Shown: one piece after another, positions 1-9,489 of the stretch
How the letters are laid out: every line of letters starts with the position of its first letter
How positions within the stretch are numbered: the first letter of the stretch is position 1
Origin: Bacteriovoracaceae bacterium
Lineage (GTDB): Bacteria; Bdellovibrionota; Bacteriovoracia; Bacteriovoracales; Bacteriovoracaceae
Length of the DNA: 22,641 bases
Reading direction: 5' to 3'
Assembly (NCBI GenBank): GCA_041586955.1
Contig: JBFGZE010000053.1
Coordinates: 1 to 22,641 of the forward strand
Notes under the pieces: generated by a model
The model's input: the letters and a program-made list of their open reading frames with translations, nothing else
Database searches by the model: none
What the model was told of the DNA's origin: nothing
Program-made: the position numbers and the translations under genes

Positions 1-698
1 GTGGCCTCATGAACCCATAGTTGTGTATCGGGCAGATAGGGTAATAATAATTCGGGTTTATTATTATCACCACTAATGATAATTTTCCTCCCCTCTGGAA
101 GAGGCTCAATCAAATCCTCGGGATAAATAATCTGACCATTTGTTAGTGTGATCACTTGACCTTTTTTTAATTGCCCCAATTGCGGACCAAAAGGAATTCC
201 TAATTCTTTCGCTCTTTTAATATTTATCTTAACCTGATGAGGTCGCTCTTTAATGACAAAAGCAAAACTCGTCACATTATGGGATAAGGGCACAGCGGTA
301 ATACTTTCTTCGTCAAAATCAAAGGCCTCCCCGACGTCAGGGATTTCATGAAATAATAGGTCATAGGTGAGATGGGATTGACTTATTCTTAACATCGTCA
401 TGGTGAATTCTTCAATCCCTCGTGGCCCATAAATGTGAAGAGGAGCTTCACAGCCTTCCATGCTTCGGGAGTTAAGTAATCCCGCCAGTCCATAAATATG
501 GTCACCATGCAGATGGGTGATCCAAATTCTTCTCAATTTAAAAAGGCTTAATTTTGTTTTTTGAATTTGGTGCTGAGTTCCCTCTCCGCAGTCAAATAAC
601 GACCAGGAAGAACAATTTCTCCCACTAACAGCTAGGCCCGTTACATTCCGAGTTTTGGTGGGGGACCCTGATGAAGTCCCCAGAAAAATCAATCTCAT
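1..698 (-). CDS. rnz: Ribonuclease Z (metallo-beta-lactamase fold), 3' end cut off by the window edge
   Basis: Not in ORF track. Manual minus-strand translation from ATG 698: MRLIFLGTSSGSPTKTRNVTGLAV...LFDCGEGTQHQ...ITHLHGDHIYGL...LSHNVTSFAF...GIPFGPQLGQLKKG (exosite)...GRKIIISGD...WVHEAT. All RNase Z hallmark motifs present; AAGG SD upstream. Confidence 0.95.
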   Translation of the reverse strand, partial: MRLIFLGTSSGSPTKTRNVTGLAVSGRNCSSWSLFDCGEGTQHQIQKTKLSLFKLRRIWITHLHGDHIYGLAGLLNSRSMEGCEAPLHIYGPRGIEEFTMTMLRISQSHLTYDLLFHEIPDVGEAFDFDEESITAVPLSHNVTSFAFVIKERPHQVKINIKRAKELGIPFGPQLGQLKKGQVITLTNGQIIYPEDLIEPLPEGRKIIISGDNNKPELLLPYLPDTQLWVHEA

Positions 699-1279
699 AT
701 CTTTGACCTTTTCGCGTATGACAGCAGTTGCGCCTAATGTTATGACATTTTTCTTTCACTCTCTCCTCATTTAAGAATAACTTCTACCGTTTGCTTCTCC
801 CTTTATTGTAATGACCCTTTAATCGCTGCTTCTTGCTCTCGCGACCATTAGATATTCCTTTAATAAATAAAAATATTAAGAAAAACCTGCTAGGATATTA
901 GCATTCACCTAAAAAAAAACCAAACGAGTCAAGAATCTAGTAATTGAAGATCTTTTACCATCAATAGCGCTTTAAAGTACTATTATCACAATCTTAGGGT
1001 ATATCTAATCGATCTTACTAAGATATCACCCTTAAGCGTAAGCGCTCCGCACGCCTATCATTTAATAAAATAATTGAAAGTCCTGAGTTTTCGTATTGGC
1101 AGCTCAATAAGAAATTTAGGGAAAATGCTGTGCTATGCCACTAAACAAATATCTGACGACATCCATGTTTTTCACCTTCGATCAAAGGACATAATCAAAA
1201 AATTACTTTGTGAAATGGAACATAATATTTCTCTAAAACAATATTTCATATCACCTTTTCATGATAGGTTTCAAAGCTA

Positions 1280-2743
1280 CTAATAAAAAACTTTTAAACG
1301 AAAAAAAACATAACATGTGATGGCCACAAGACCAGTCAAATCAAAAATAATGCCATTAGTAATCATATCCCTTAATTTAATATGACCTGTCCCAAAAACA
1401 ATAGCGTTAGGTGGTGTTGAGACAGGTAACATAAAGCCAAAGCTAGCTCCAAAGGCCGTTGCGATAATGATATGATGAAGTTCAATGGGCCCAAACCCTG
1501 TTAATATCGCAAGAAGAATAGGGATCACAATAGATGCTGAGGCAGTATTTGAACTCATCTCCGACATGATAATCGCAAAGGTCACCGAAACGAATGTAAT
1601 AAGATAAAATGGAGTATGGGCATCAGTCCAGGAAAAGGCCAATGAACCGAAGAGCTTCGCTAATCCTGAGGTATTTAAAATGGTTCCCATGCAAAGGCCA
1701 CCGCCAAAAAGAAGGATTGTCCCCCAATCGATACTCGCCGCGTCCTTCCAGGAAATATTACTTACCCATTTCCCCTCCTTCTTATAAAACATAATAAAAA
1801 GAGAAAGCGCTGCAATCAAGGCCACAATTCCCATGGGAATTGCCTGATATAAATCGACGACCCACTTCTCACCAGGAAGAAGATTTTTCAGAAGGCTCGG
1901 TAAAATCCATAGAATAACGGCCAAAGAAAAAGCAAAGGCCACTTGAATCTCTTGCCGACTAACACGACCTAATTGATCTAACTGCTTTTTAAAATAATAA
2001 TGCATCCCTTCTAAACGATCATTTTTAACAGGTAGTCTTATAGAGAAAATAAGATTCAGTAAAAGTAGCATCACCAAAGCAATTGGCGCCCCGATCATTA
2101 TCCAATCAAGAAAATCAATTATAATTCCCTTTCCCTTTAAAAATTCAATGGCCAAAAGGTTTGGGGGTGAACCAATAGGCGTGGCCAATCCTCCAATGCT
2201 GGAGGAAAAAGCACAAGTCAAAAGCAGCCTAACCTTAAACCTTTTAAAATCATCTTTATTTTCAAATTTTTCTCTTAACGTTTGAATCAGCCCTACGCTA
2301 ATAGGGACGATGATGGCACATGCAGCGGTATTAGATATCCACATGCTCAAAACAAAACCTAAAAGCGAAATGACAAGACAAAGGCTTCCAATTGATTTTC
2401 CAGATATTGGCCTGGAAAGAATAAAAAAGGCCATCCTCTGATCCCAACGATGTTTAATCATGGCCTTCGCCAGGATAAAACTTCCTACGAAAAGAAATAA
2501 GATTTGGTTACCAAACGGAGCGAAGGCCTGCTCAACGCTTAATTGGCCATAGGTTGTGGCCAAAACAGGTACCAGAAGCCCTGTTGCTGCCAACGGAATG
2601 AGTTCGCTAAACCACAAAATAACAATTGTCGTAAAAATCGCGAGGCCAAGTGATATTGCGCTCGAAAAATAAAGCCCCAATACCAAAGGTATAATTATGA
2701 CCAAAAGAATTCTACTCGCTTTATACTTCATTTCTTTTTTCAC
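1280..2743 (-). CDS. SLC13/DASS family sodium-coupled anion (dicarboxylate/sulfate) symporter
   Basis: Highly hydrophobic 487 aa; two SNT motifs (MWISNTA, EMSSNTAS), TPIGSPPN, FMLPVSTPPNAIVFG and IDWGTILLFGGGL. Start GTG 2743 or ATG 2731. Confidence 0.92.
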   Translation of the reverse strand: MKKEMKYKASRILLVIIIPLVLGLYFSSAISLGLAIFTTIVILWFSELIPLAATGLLVPVLATTYGQLSVEQAFAPFGNQILFLFVGSFILAKAMIKHRWDQRMAFFILSRPISGKSIGSLCLVISLLGFVLSMWISNTAACAIIVPISVGLIQTLREKFENKDDFKRFKVRLLLTCAFSSSIGGLATPIGSPPNLLAIEFLKGKGIIIDFLDWIMIGAPIALVMLLLLNLIFSIRLPVKNDRLEGMHYYFKKQLDQLGRVSRQEIQVAFAFSLAVILWILPSLLKNLLPGEKWVVDLYQAIPMGIVALIAALSLFIMFYKKEGKWVSNISWKDAASIDWGTILLFGGGLCMGTILNTSGLAKLFGSLAFSWTDAHTPFYLITFVSVTFAIIMSEMSSNTASASIVIPILLAILTGFGPIELHHIIIATAFGASFGFMLPVSTPPNAIVFGTGHIKLRDMITNGIIFDLTGLVAITCYVFFRLKVFY

Positions 2744-2765
2744 AAATCGCTCGAATCGCTAATGG

Positions 2766-3542
2766 TTAAATTTTCTCTACAAAGCGATCCCTGGGAAATC
2801 GCATTTGTGGCCCATAAATACCCCGTTCATCCCTTTTTCCCACTGCTATAATCATCATAGGATGATCATGGCCACCAAGATCACACATTCTCTTGACCCT
2901 TTTGGCATCAAAACCCTCCATCGGTAGAGTGTCAAAACCTTGCGCACGAATTGAAAGCATAAAGTTTTCACAAGCAAGCGCCGTCGATTTGACCGCCCAT
3001 GTTTTGAGGTCGCTGGGCCAAATAGGCTCTCTTGGAGAAACCCTGAAAACGCCTAGAGTGTTAAAAAGCAGCCATTTTAATGGGGATAAAACTCCCCAAG
3101 GCCCTATTAGGCCATAGGCGACAGGAGCTATCTTTGTGTAATATTGGGTGACAACAGAGGGTACTTCCATACCCATTTTCTTCATTTGATCAAGAGTCAT
3201 TTGACAATGCTCTTTCCATGTCCCAGTTTGGGCAATGCAGATAATCATATGCTGAGCTGTTTTGGCGCCATTTTGAGAAAAGCAATACCTCGCTAATTCC
3301 TCTCTCTTGGCCTCGCTTTTAACCCAGACAAATTTCCATGGTTGTAAATTAGATGAATTGGGCGCTTTCAGGGCATCGTCTAATGCATTATCGATAATAG
3401 TATCACTGACCTTATCCTTTGAAAAAACACGCACACTTCTCCGACTATCAATAACCTTTTTAAATTCTTGATAATCGATTATGACTTGTGGTTCGCGGTG
3501 ACCAGTATCTATTTTTTGGGTAAATATAGTTTCATCTGACAT
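2766..3542 (-). CDS. Nitroreductase family (FMN-dependent) protein
   Basis: SRRSVRVF, APNSSNLQPWKF and GFDTLPMEGFD motifs. Start moved from 3584 to ATG 3542 because AGGAG lies 7 nt upstream and the longer ORF overlaps a clear promoter. Confidence 0.9.
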   Translation of the reverse strand: MSDETIFTQKIDTGHREPQVIIDYQEFKKVIDSRRSVRVFSKDKVSDTIIDNALDDALKAPNSSNLQPWKFVWVKSEAKREELARYCFSQNGAKTAQHMIICIAQTGTWKEHCQMTLDQMKKMGMEVPSVVTQYYTKIAPVAYGLIGPWGVLSPLKWLLFNTLGVFRVSPREPIWPSDLKTWAVKSTALACENFMLSIRAQGFDTLPMEGFDAKRVKRMCDLGGHDHPMMIIAVGKRDERGIYGPQMRFPRDRFVEKI

Positions 3543-3571
3543 GGAATGACTCCTATTTAATGAGCTTTCGT

Positions 3572-3600
3572 ATTTTAAGGACACAAATGAGGTCTGTCTA
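3572..3600 (-). promoter_or_regulatory. Sigma70-type promoter of the nitroreductase (and possibly DASS) gene
   Basis: Minus strand TAGACA-N17-TAAAAT, each hexamer 5/6 to consensus, about 30 nt upstream of ATG 3542. Confidence 0.65.
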
Positions 3601-3650
3601 CGAATACCAAAGATAAGGAATACTGGAGGTGGAAGTCATTTCAAAAAAAT

Positions 3651-3872
3651 TTAAGCAATAACCTTTATCGTTTGGCCTGAAAACTCAATAATTTGACCGG
3701 ACTTGATTTTGCATCGTTTACGCAATTCGACTTCACCATCTACTTTGACAGCCCCCTCGGCAATAACTGTTTTTGCATGACCTCCAGTTTCACAAAGGCC
3801 CATTCTTTTTAAAAGATCACATAATGGGATAAATTCAGTTCCTTCTAAGCTTAATTCTAACATGAGACTCAT
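3651..3872 (-). CDS. ybcJ: S4-like RNA-binding protein, YbcJ/YaaA family
   Basis: LCDLLK...TGGHAK..IAEGAVKVDGEVELRKRCKI..GQ matches the YbcJ signature; 16 bp downstream of dbpA. Confidence 0.88.
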   Translation of the reverse strand: MSLMLELSLEGTEFIPLCDLLKRMGLCETGGHAKTVIAEGAVKVDGEVELRKRCKIKSGQIIEFSGQTIKVIA

Positions 3873-3888
3873 TTCCTTTAACTAATGA

Positions 3889-5268
3889 TTAGGCAAATCC
3901 AACTTTAAACTTTCTATTTTTAATCTTACCTGCACGTAATTTATCAACGGCTTGATCAATCCATTCATGCTTGATAGCGACAAAACTCAAAATATTAAAA
4001 ATCGAAATATCGCCAACATTATTTGAATCAATTTTCGCCTCTCCAACCAAGGCCCCAAGGATATCTCCGGGCCGCAATTTATTTTTTTTTCCACCTCCGA
4101 TATACATCGTCTGCATCGGAGGCACTAACCCATATTCTTCATCAGAAGATAAATCGCGACTATCTTCAATTTTACACGAAATATTTGTTAAATCCTCAAT
4201 GGCATCAAGTCGGTAACGATTCTTATGAATAAAAAGGCTAAAGGCCTGCCCCGTTTTACCCGCCCGTCCGGTGCGCCCGATACGGTGGACATAGACTTCG
4301 GGGTCCGTCGGAAGGTCAAAATTCACCACAGCTGGTAACTCTTGAATATCTAGACCTCTTGCCGCGACATCAGTGGCAACCAGAACAGACAGACTATGGT
4401 TTGAGAATTTTGTTAAAACTGCCGTTCTTTCATTTTGCTGGAGGTCTCCGTGAATTCCAGCAGCAAAGATACCGTTATTTTTAAGGAATCTAGCGACATC
4501 ATCAGTTATTTGCTTGGTTTTACAAAAAACAATTAACCGCTCTGGCCTATAATTACCCAAAATTTTTAATAGTGCTTCATTTTTATCTTGATGCCGATCT
4601 ACTTCAAAAAATATTTGATTAATACTATTCGCTTCATGTTCGGTATCAACTTTGACCTCAATAGCATCAACTTGAATGCTTTCACCGAGCTCTTTTATTT
4701 CATCTGGGTACGTTGCTGAAAATAATAATGTTTGTCGCTCTTGCGGCAAATAGGAGGCAATATCCATCATTTCATCATAAAAACCCATATCTAGCATACG
4801 ATCAGCTTCATCCAAAACAAATGTTTTAACCTTTTCAAGCTTTAATAACCCTTTCTTTAATAGACTTAAAACCCGCCCCGGTGTTCCCACAATAATATGG
4901 GCCCCATGAGAAAGTGATTTCTCTTGATGAAACTCAGCGACACCGCCACAAATGGTCAGTACTTTCACATTATTGACCATGCGAGCAAGCGTACGTATTT
5001 CCTTGGCGACTTGCTCCGCTAATTCTCTGGTGGGACATAAAATCAATGATTCAATCAGGAATTGTGAGGAATCTAATGAATTAAGAATTCCCAACCCAAA
5101 GGCCGCCGTTTTACCACTTCCCGTTTTGGCCTGAGCAATAATATCTTTGCCCTCTAAAACAAGAGGTAAGCTCTTGGCCTGGATTGGTGTCATAGAATTA
5201 AATTTTAATTCACTGAGATTAGTCAATAATTCTTGTTTTAAAGATAGGTTTTCAAATTTTTCGCTCAT
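3889..5268 (-). CDS. dbpA: ATP-dependent DEAD-box RNA helicase DbpA (23S rRNA-specific)
   Basis: Q motif, [40 protein letters not shown] plus the C-terminal DbpA RNA-binding domain (GGGKKNKLRPGDILGAL...GKIKNRKFK). ATG 5268 preferred over TTG 5286. Confidence 0.93.
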   Translation of the reverse strand: MSEKFENLSLKQELLTNLSELKFNSMTPIQAKSLPLVLEGKDIIAQAKTGSGKTAAFGLGILNSLDSSQFLIESLILCPTRELAEQVAKEIRTLARMVNNVKVLTICGGVAEFHQEKSLSHGAHIIVGTPGRVLSLLKKGLLKLEKVKTFVLDEADRMLDMGFYDEMMDIASYLPQERQTLLFSATYPDEIKELGESIQVDAIEVKVDTEHEANSINQIFFEVDRHQDKNEALLKILGNYRPERLIVFCKTKQITDDVARFLKNNGIFAAGIHGDLQQNERTAVLTKFSNHSLSVLVATDVAARGLDIQELPAVVNFDLPTDPEVYVHRIGRTGRAGKTGQAFSLFIHKNRYRLDAIEDLTNISCKIEDSRDLSSDEEYGLVPPMQTMYIGGGKKNKLRPGDILGALVGEAKIDSNNVGDISIFNILSFVAIKHEWIDQAVDKLRAGKIKNRKFKVGFA

Positions 5269-5424
5269 GGAAGAGGTATAACACAAATTTCGTGTATTAA
5301 ATGGCCGCTCTATAATTTAAACTCTTATTAATTGGCCAGTGATTCGTTCACACCAAGATAGCAATCTAGTCTCAACTATTATATAACCCCGATGTTAGTT
5401 ACTGATAACGATAGGGTAAATAAA

Positions 5425-5664
5425 ATGACGAACAACGATATCTTTAAAAAGATCAGAGTGGCGCTTTCTTTAAAAGACAGTGATATTATCGATATTCTCA
5501 AACTCGAAAATTTTGAAATGACCAAATCTGAGCTTTCGGCCCTCTTTCGCAAAGAAGATCATGCTAATTATAAGGAATGTGGAGACCAGGTTCTCAGAAA
5601 ATTTCTCAACGGATTAATCACTAAAATGCGTGGTCCGCGACCTCAAAAGTCTCAACAAAAATAA
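5425..5664 (+). CDS. DUF1456 (YehS-like) family protein, short single-domain form
   Basis: MTNNDIFKKIRVAL...SELSALFRKED..NYKECGDQVLRKFLNGLI...RG is the DUF1456 signature; the family begins at MTNND, so start ATG 5425. Confidence 0.85.
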   Translation: MTNNDIFKKIRVALSLKDSDIIDILKLENFEMTKSELSALFRKEDHANYKECGDQVLRKFLNGLITKMRGPRPQKSQQK

Positions 5665-5676
5665 AGCGGCTTTCTT

Positions 5677-6516
5677 TTAGTTTTTGACTAATTCAATACC
5701 ATCATTTTTGATGATGATTTTCCTTTCCTTGTAAAGCATCCCAATCGCATTCTTAAAGGTCTTTTTACTCATGCCTAGCATCTCTTTAATCGCTTCTGGA
5801 GAACTTTTATCGTTTAGAATTAATTTCCCTTCATACTGCCCAAGTAACTCTAAAATCTTAACCTTTGCTTCGACAACGTTGAGGATGCCCTGAGTTTGAA
5901 GGGCCGCATCGATCAGACAATCAGTTCTTATTTTTTTGACCACCCCATCATAGGTTTTGCCAATTTGAATAGGGGTAAAGATCTCATTATCGTAAATCAT
6001 TCCTATAAATTTCTTATTGATAATAACTCGATAACCTAAATCATTCTTAACAACCGGAACGATCTTAACTTTATCATTATCACAAACGTCAAAATCAGAT
6101 GCCTCAATATACTTCCCGAGTTTAGTGGTCCCATAAACCCTATTAGTCTCTTCTTCGAGACATACTCTTACAATATGATCTTCATAACTTTTGATTTCAA
6201 CTTTTTGCTCTTTGCCAGGAACGAGAAGATCTTTTTCAATTCCCCAGTCAAAAAATGCACCGAAGTCTGTGATATCGATAGCACTCATTAGAGCGTACTC
6301 TCCAACCTGAGCAAAAGGAATTTGCTCAGTGGCAACCAGACTACCTCTGGTATCGAGATAAACAAATGCTTTTAACTCTTGGCCAATGGACATTTTAATG
6401 GGCGCCATAGAAGGTGGCATAAAAACTTCCTCATCTGATTCAAGGTCTTTTAAATAGAAACCAGACTTAGTTTCCCTATTTACAGTCAAGTTATTAACCT
6501 TACCAATTTCAATCAC
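5677..6516 (-). CDS. cvfB: CvfB family protein (multiple S1 domains + C-terminal winged helix)
   Basis: IEIGKVNNL, GAFFDWGIEKDLLVP..EQ and DKSSPEAIK..LGMSKKTFKNAIGMLYK. GTG start at 6516 with AGGAG 5 nt upstream. Confidence 0.88.
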   Translation of the reverse strand: MIEIGKVNNLTVNRETKSGFYLKDLESDEEVFMPPSMAPIKMSIGQELKAFVYLDTRGSLVATEQIPFAQVGEYALMSAIDITDFGAFFDWGIEKDLLVPGKEQKVEIKSYEDHIVRVCLEEETNRVYGTTKLGKYIEASDFDVCDNDKVKIVPVVKNDLGYRVIINKKFIGMIYDNEIFTPIQIGKTYDGVVKKIRTDCLIDAALQTQGILNVVEAKVKILELLGQYEGKLILNDKSSPEAIKEMLGMSKKTFKNAIGMLYKERKIIIKNDGIELVKN

Positions 6517-6546
6517 GGATACTCCTAACAAATCAAAAATTAAGTT

Positions 6547-6575
6547 AATCTAAGGCCTATCGTGTTACGAGTAAA
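6547..6575 (-). promoter_or_regulatory. Putative sigma70-type promoter of cvfB
   Basis: Minus strand TTTACT-N17-TAGATT about 30 nt upstream of GTG 6516. Confidence 0.4.
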
Positions 6576-6694
6576 GAAAAGACTTTAAATTACCAATATT
6601 TACACCATTCAAATGACAAGAAAAGCTATTGAGATTTCGGTAATTTTAGCTACTTAAGGAAGTTCTTTAAGAAAGTCTCTGATATGGTGGATGC

Positions 6695-6718
6695 GGGGTG
6701 CTAAGGATTTAACACCCC
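6695..6718 (-). terminator. Stable hairpin 3' of rhlE (terminator or stability hairpin; no U-tract)
   Basis: Minus strand GGGGTGTTAA-ATCC-TTAGCACCCC, 10-bp stem with one G:U pair, 15 nt after the rhlE stop. Confidence 0.55.
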
Positions 6719-6733
6719 TATAGGGGATCTACT

Positions 6734-8017
6734 TTACGGCCTTTTTTTGTTGCGGTTATTCGTTTTAGGCCTGTGTCCATGTGAGCTTGCGACAGAACGT
6801 TGACCATCTTTATGATCTGTCCTTGGTTTTTTAGGCTTTTTTGCTTTGAACGGTCGCGTGTCTAATTTCGACTCAGGTAATAAGTTTACAGGAGCAAACC
6901 CCTCAATTTCCTTTCGAGTAATTAATTGCTTAATTAAGCGCTCAATATCTTTGAGCTGCTTAAACTCATCTGCACTAACCAGTGAAACCGCCTGGCCACT
7001 AGACCCTGCTCGACCTGTACGGCCAATACGGTGGACATAATCCTCAGGAACATTTGGCAAATCAAAATTTACCACCTGTGGTAATTGATCAATATCGATC
7101 CCACGGGCCGCAATATCAGTCGCCACTAATACCCGTACAGTTCCATTTTTAAATCCTGCCAGGGCCTTAGTGCGGGCCCCCTGACTCTTATTGCCATGAA
7201 TAGCAGCGGCCTTAATACCTTTCCCTTCCAAATGACGAGTCAAACGATTTGCACCATGTTTAGTACGCGTAAAAACGAGAACCTGTTGCCATTTATTTTC
7301 TAAAATAAGATGAGTCAAAACTCCCGACTTCCTACCCTTATCAACAGGACAAAGCCAATGCTCCACAGTTTCTGTCGCTGTATTGCGTGGGCTCACCGAG
7401 ATTTCTACAGGATTATTAATCATCCCTTTGGCCAAATTTCTAATCTCTTCAGAAAAAGTCGCTGAAAACATAAGATTTTGTCGACGCTTTGGTAAAAGCG
7501 CTAAGATTTTGCGAATGTCGTGAATAAAACCCATATCTAACATGCGGTCCGCTTCATCTAATACTAAGACTTCTAATTGTTTAAAGTTAATCGCATTCTG
7601 GCCATATAAATCGAGCAAACGACCAGGAGTTGCCACGAGTACATCAACACCTCGGCGCAATGTCTGCATTTGAGGATTAATCTTTACTCCACCAAAGACG
7701 ACAGCAGATCGCAACCGTAAATTTTTACTATAAGTCACGACACTGACATGCACCTGGGCCGCCAATTCACGAGTCGGAGTCAAAATGAGCGCGCGCACCT
7801 GATTAGATTGGGGCCTAGGCCCACCAGATAATCTTTCAAGTATAGGTAGTGTAAAGCCTGCTGTTTTCCCCGTCCCAGTTTGCGCGGCGGCCATCACATC
7901 TCTACCATCTAAAACAGCAGGTATGGCCTGGGCCTGAATTGGTGACGGTGTTTCGTAGCCTTTTTCGGCCACTGCTTCAAGAATAGGGGCCGATAGACCT
8001 AATGTCGTAAAACTCAT
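6734..8017 (-). CDS. rhlE: ATP-dependent DEAD-box RNA helicase, RhlE family
   Basis: [65 protein letters not shown] and a basic disordered C-terminal tail. Confidence 0.9.
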   Translation of the reverse strand: MSFTTLGLSAPILEAVAEKGYETPSPIQAQAIPAVLDGRDVMAAAQTGTGKTAGFTLPILERLSGGPRPQSNQVRALILTPTRELAAQVHVSVVTYSKNLRLRSAVVFGGVKINPQMQTLRRGVDVLVATPGRLLDLYGQNAINFKQLEVLVLDEADRMLDMGFIHDIRKILALLPKRRQNLMFSATFSEEIRNLAKGMINNPVEISVSPRNTATETVEHWLCPVDKGRKSGVLTHLILENKWQQVLVFTRTKHGANRLTRHLEGKGIKAAAIHGNKSQGARTKALAGFKNGTVRVLVATDIAARGIDIDQLPQVVNFDLPNVPEDYVHRIGRTGRAGSSGQAVSLVSADEFKQLKDIERLIKQLITRKEIEGFAPVNLLPESKLDTRPFKAKKPKKPRTDHKDGQRSVASSHGHRPKTNNRNKKRP

Positions 8018-8433
8018 TTTATCATCTCTTTCATAGTCGTTTATTTAATCATCAGCGAGAGCATCTCCTAAACTAAGGACTTTCCAAAATTTACCATCAC
8101 TTCATTCTCTCTGGTTTTCATTTTAGAATTATCAGCTTTTAACAGATCCATTCACTAGATTATTTAATATACCCGCTTTATGTCCATCTAGCCAGGTACC
8201 ACAACACTTACCACCTCAGCATAATCTCTCCCCACTCATTTAATCGGATTTTGGTTAATTTTTATGGAATTGAATTCAAGGTGAGAAAAAAACCTCGCTC
8301 TAAATATGAAAAGTGCCGAGAGCACCGCATAACAAGCTTTAAACTCATAAAATTAAGCTATCCATACTCTTGTTTCTTATGGGACAATTATTGGAATAAT
8401 ATCTACAAATTTACTTTATAAAAGGATTTTACA

Positions 8434-8763
8434 ATGGCCGAAGCAAAAGGTTTAAAAAAACCAGTTAAATTGAAGTCAGAACTAGCGGCAATGTTAGGTG
8501 CGACAGAATTACCTAGAACAGAAATCACAAAGAAACTTTGGGACTATATTAAGGCCAATAAGCTTCAGACCAAAGTGGAAAATGGCGCGCCAGAAAATGC
8601 TGGAAAGTTTATCGTTGCTGATTCAACACTTCTTCCAATTTTTAAAAATACGAAATCAACGAGTAAGTCTGGTAAGCTAACAGACCTTACTAATATGAAA
8701 GAGGGCGAGACAATTAACATGATGCAAATGGCCGCTATTGTTGGTGCTAATATCGAAGCTTAA
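8434..8763 (+). CDS. Standalone SWIB/MDM2 domain protein with two insertions
   Basis: LKSELAAMLG...LPRTEITKKLWDYIKANKLQ...IVADSTLLPIF...INMMQMAAIV matches the SWIB pattern (PRTEVxKKxWxYIKxxxLQ...IxADxxLxxIF...MxEM). AAAGGA SD present. Confidence 0.88.
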   Translation: MAEAKGLKKPVKLKSELAAMLGATELPRTEITKKLWDYIKANKLQTKVENGAPENAGKFIVADSTLLPIFKNTKSTSKSGKLTDLTNMKEGETINMMQMAAIVGANIEA

Positions 8764-8785
8764 AAAAATTTAAATGATTCTTAAT

Positions 8786-8823
8786 ACGCCTTAGTTGGGG
8801 AACCGATTAAGGCGTTTTTTTTT
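8786..8823 (+). terminator. Rho-independent terminator of the SWIB gene
   Basis: ACGCCTTAGTTGG-GGAA-CCGATTAAGGCGT, 13-bp stem with two G:U pairs and a GNRA loop, followed by a T run. Confidence 0.9.
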
Positions 8824-8999
8824 GCGTAAAAACTACTTCTAACTTCTTTTGACCTTGCACCCCAAAGAGATGACTAAATACATTTCTGCTGAATAGACGA
8901 CATCCCCTTATCTACTCACTGCCGGGATCGGTCCACCGCAAATGCCACTCTTCACTTCTTGTGTGAGTAACCTCTCTTTACATCCCTCTCCCACACGCC

Positions 9000-9030
9000 A
9001 AAAAAAAGGCCTCGATTAAATCGAGGCCTT
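9000..9030 (-). terminator. Rho-independent terminator of the cold-shock gene
   Basis: Perfect inverted repeat AAGGCCTCGATT/AATCGAGGCCTT followed on the minus strand by a T run. Confidence 0.9.
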
Positions 9031-9058
9031 CCTTAAAAAAAAATATATATTTTATAAA

Positions 9059-9253
9059 TTATATTTTTCTAACTTGAACAGCACATGGTCCTTTTTGACC
9101 GTCGCCGATTTCATACTCAACTTTATCATCATCATTAAGTTGACCTTGCTCTACTGCAGAGATGTGAACGAAAAGATCCTTTCCTCCATCATCTGGAGTG
9201 ATAAAACCGAAACCTTTTGATTCATTAAAAAACTTTACTGTACCTGTGCTCAT
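9059..9253 (-). CDS. Cold-shock protein (CspA family)
   Basis: [15 protein letters not shown] (RNP1), DLFVH (RNP2) and GQKGPCA; TAAGGA SD. Confidence 0.96.
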   Translation of the reverse strand: MSTGTVKFFNESKGFGFITPDDGGKDLFVHISAVEQGQLNDDDKVEYEIGDGQKGPCAVQVRKI

Positions 9254-9308
9254 AATTTTTCCTTATTACTATTAATAAACATTTAAAACTCAAAATGCTT
9301 TAAAAGAA

Positions 9309-9337
9309 CTTATACATACTTATTGAAGAGTAGTAAA
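9309..9337 (-). promoter_or_regulatory. Putative sigma70-type promoter of the csp gene
   Basis: Minus strand TTTACT-N17-TATAAG about 55 nt upstream of ATG 9253. Confidence 0.4.
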
Positions 9338-9489
9338 TAGTCTTGACCTTAATTTGTAATATTTCATTCGAACGGTATCTCTCTAAACCAATGTCAATAA
9401 CTACCTGAAAATACATTACAAAACGCATCAAGTAGACATCCTTGGCAGAAAAAGTGACATTTAAGGGGGTGAAAAAAGTCGCCCGGGCC

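Noticed and set aside
1074..1283. 69-aa plus-strand ORF in the rnz-DASS spacer
   Set aside because: TTG start, no SD, no recognisable motif, AT-rich spacer; likely spurious.
6693..6730. GGGGTGC...ACCC resembling a TPP riboswitch
   Set aside because: Lacks CTGAGA and the CTGAT/TAATG elements; explained by a simple hairpin.
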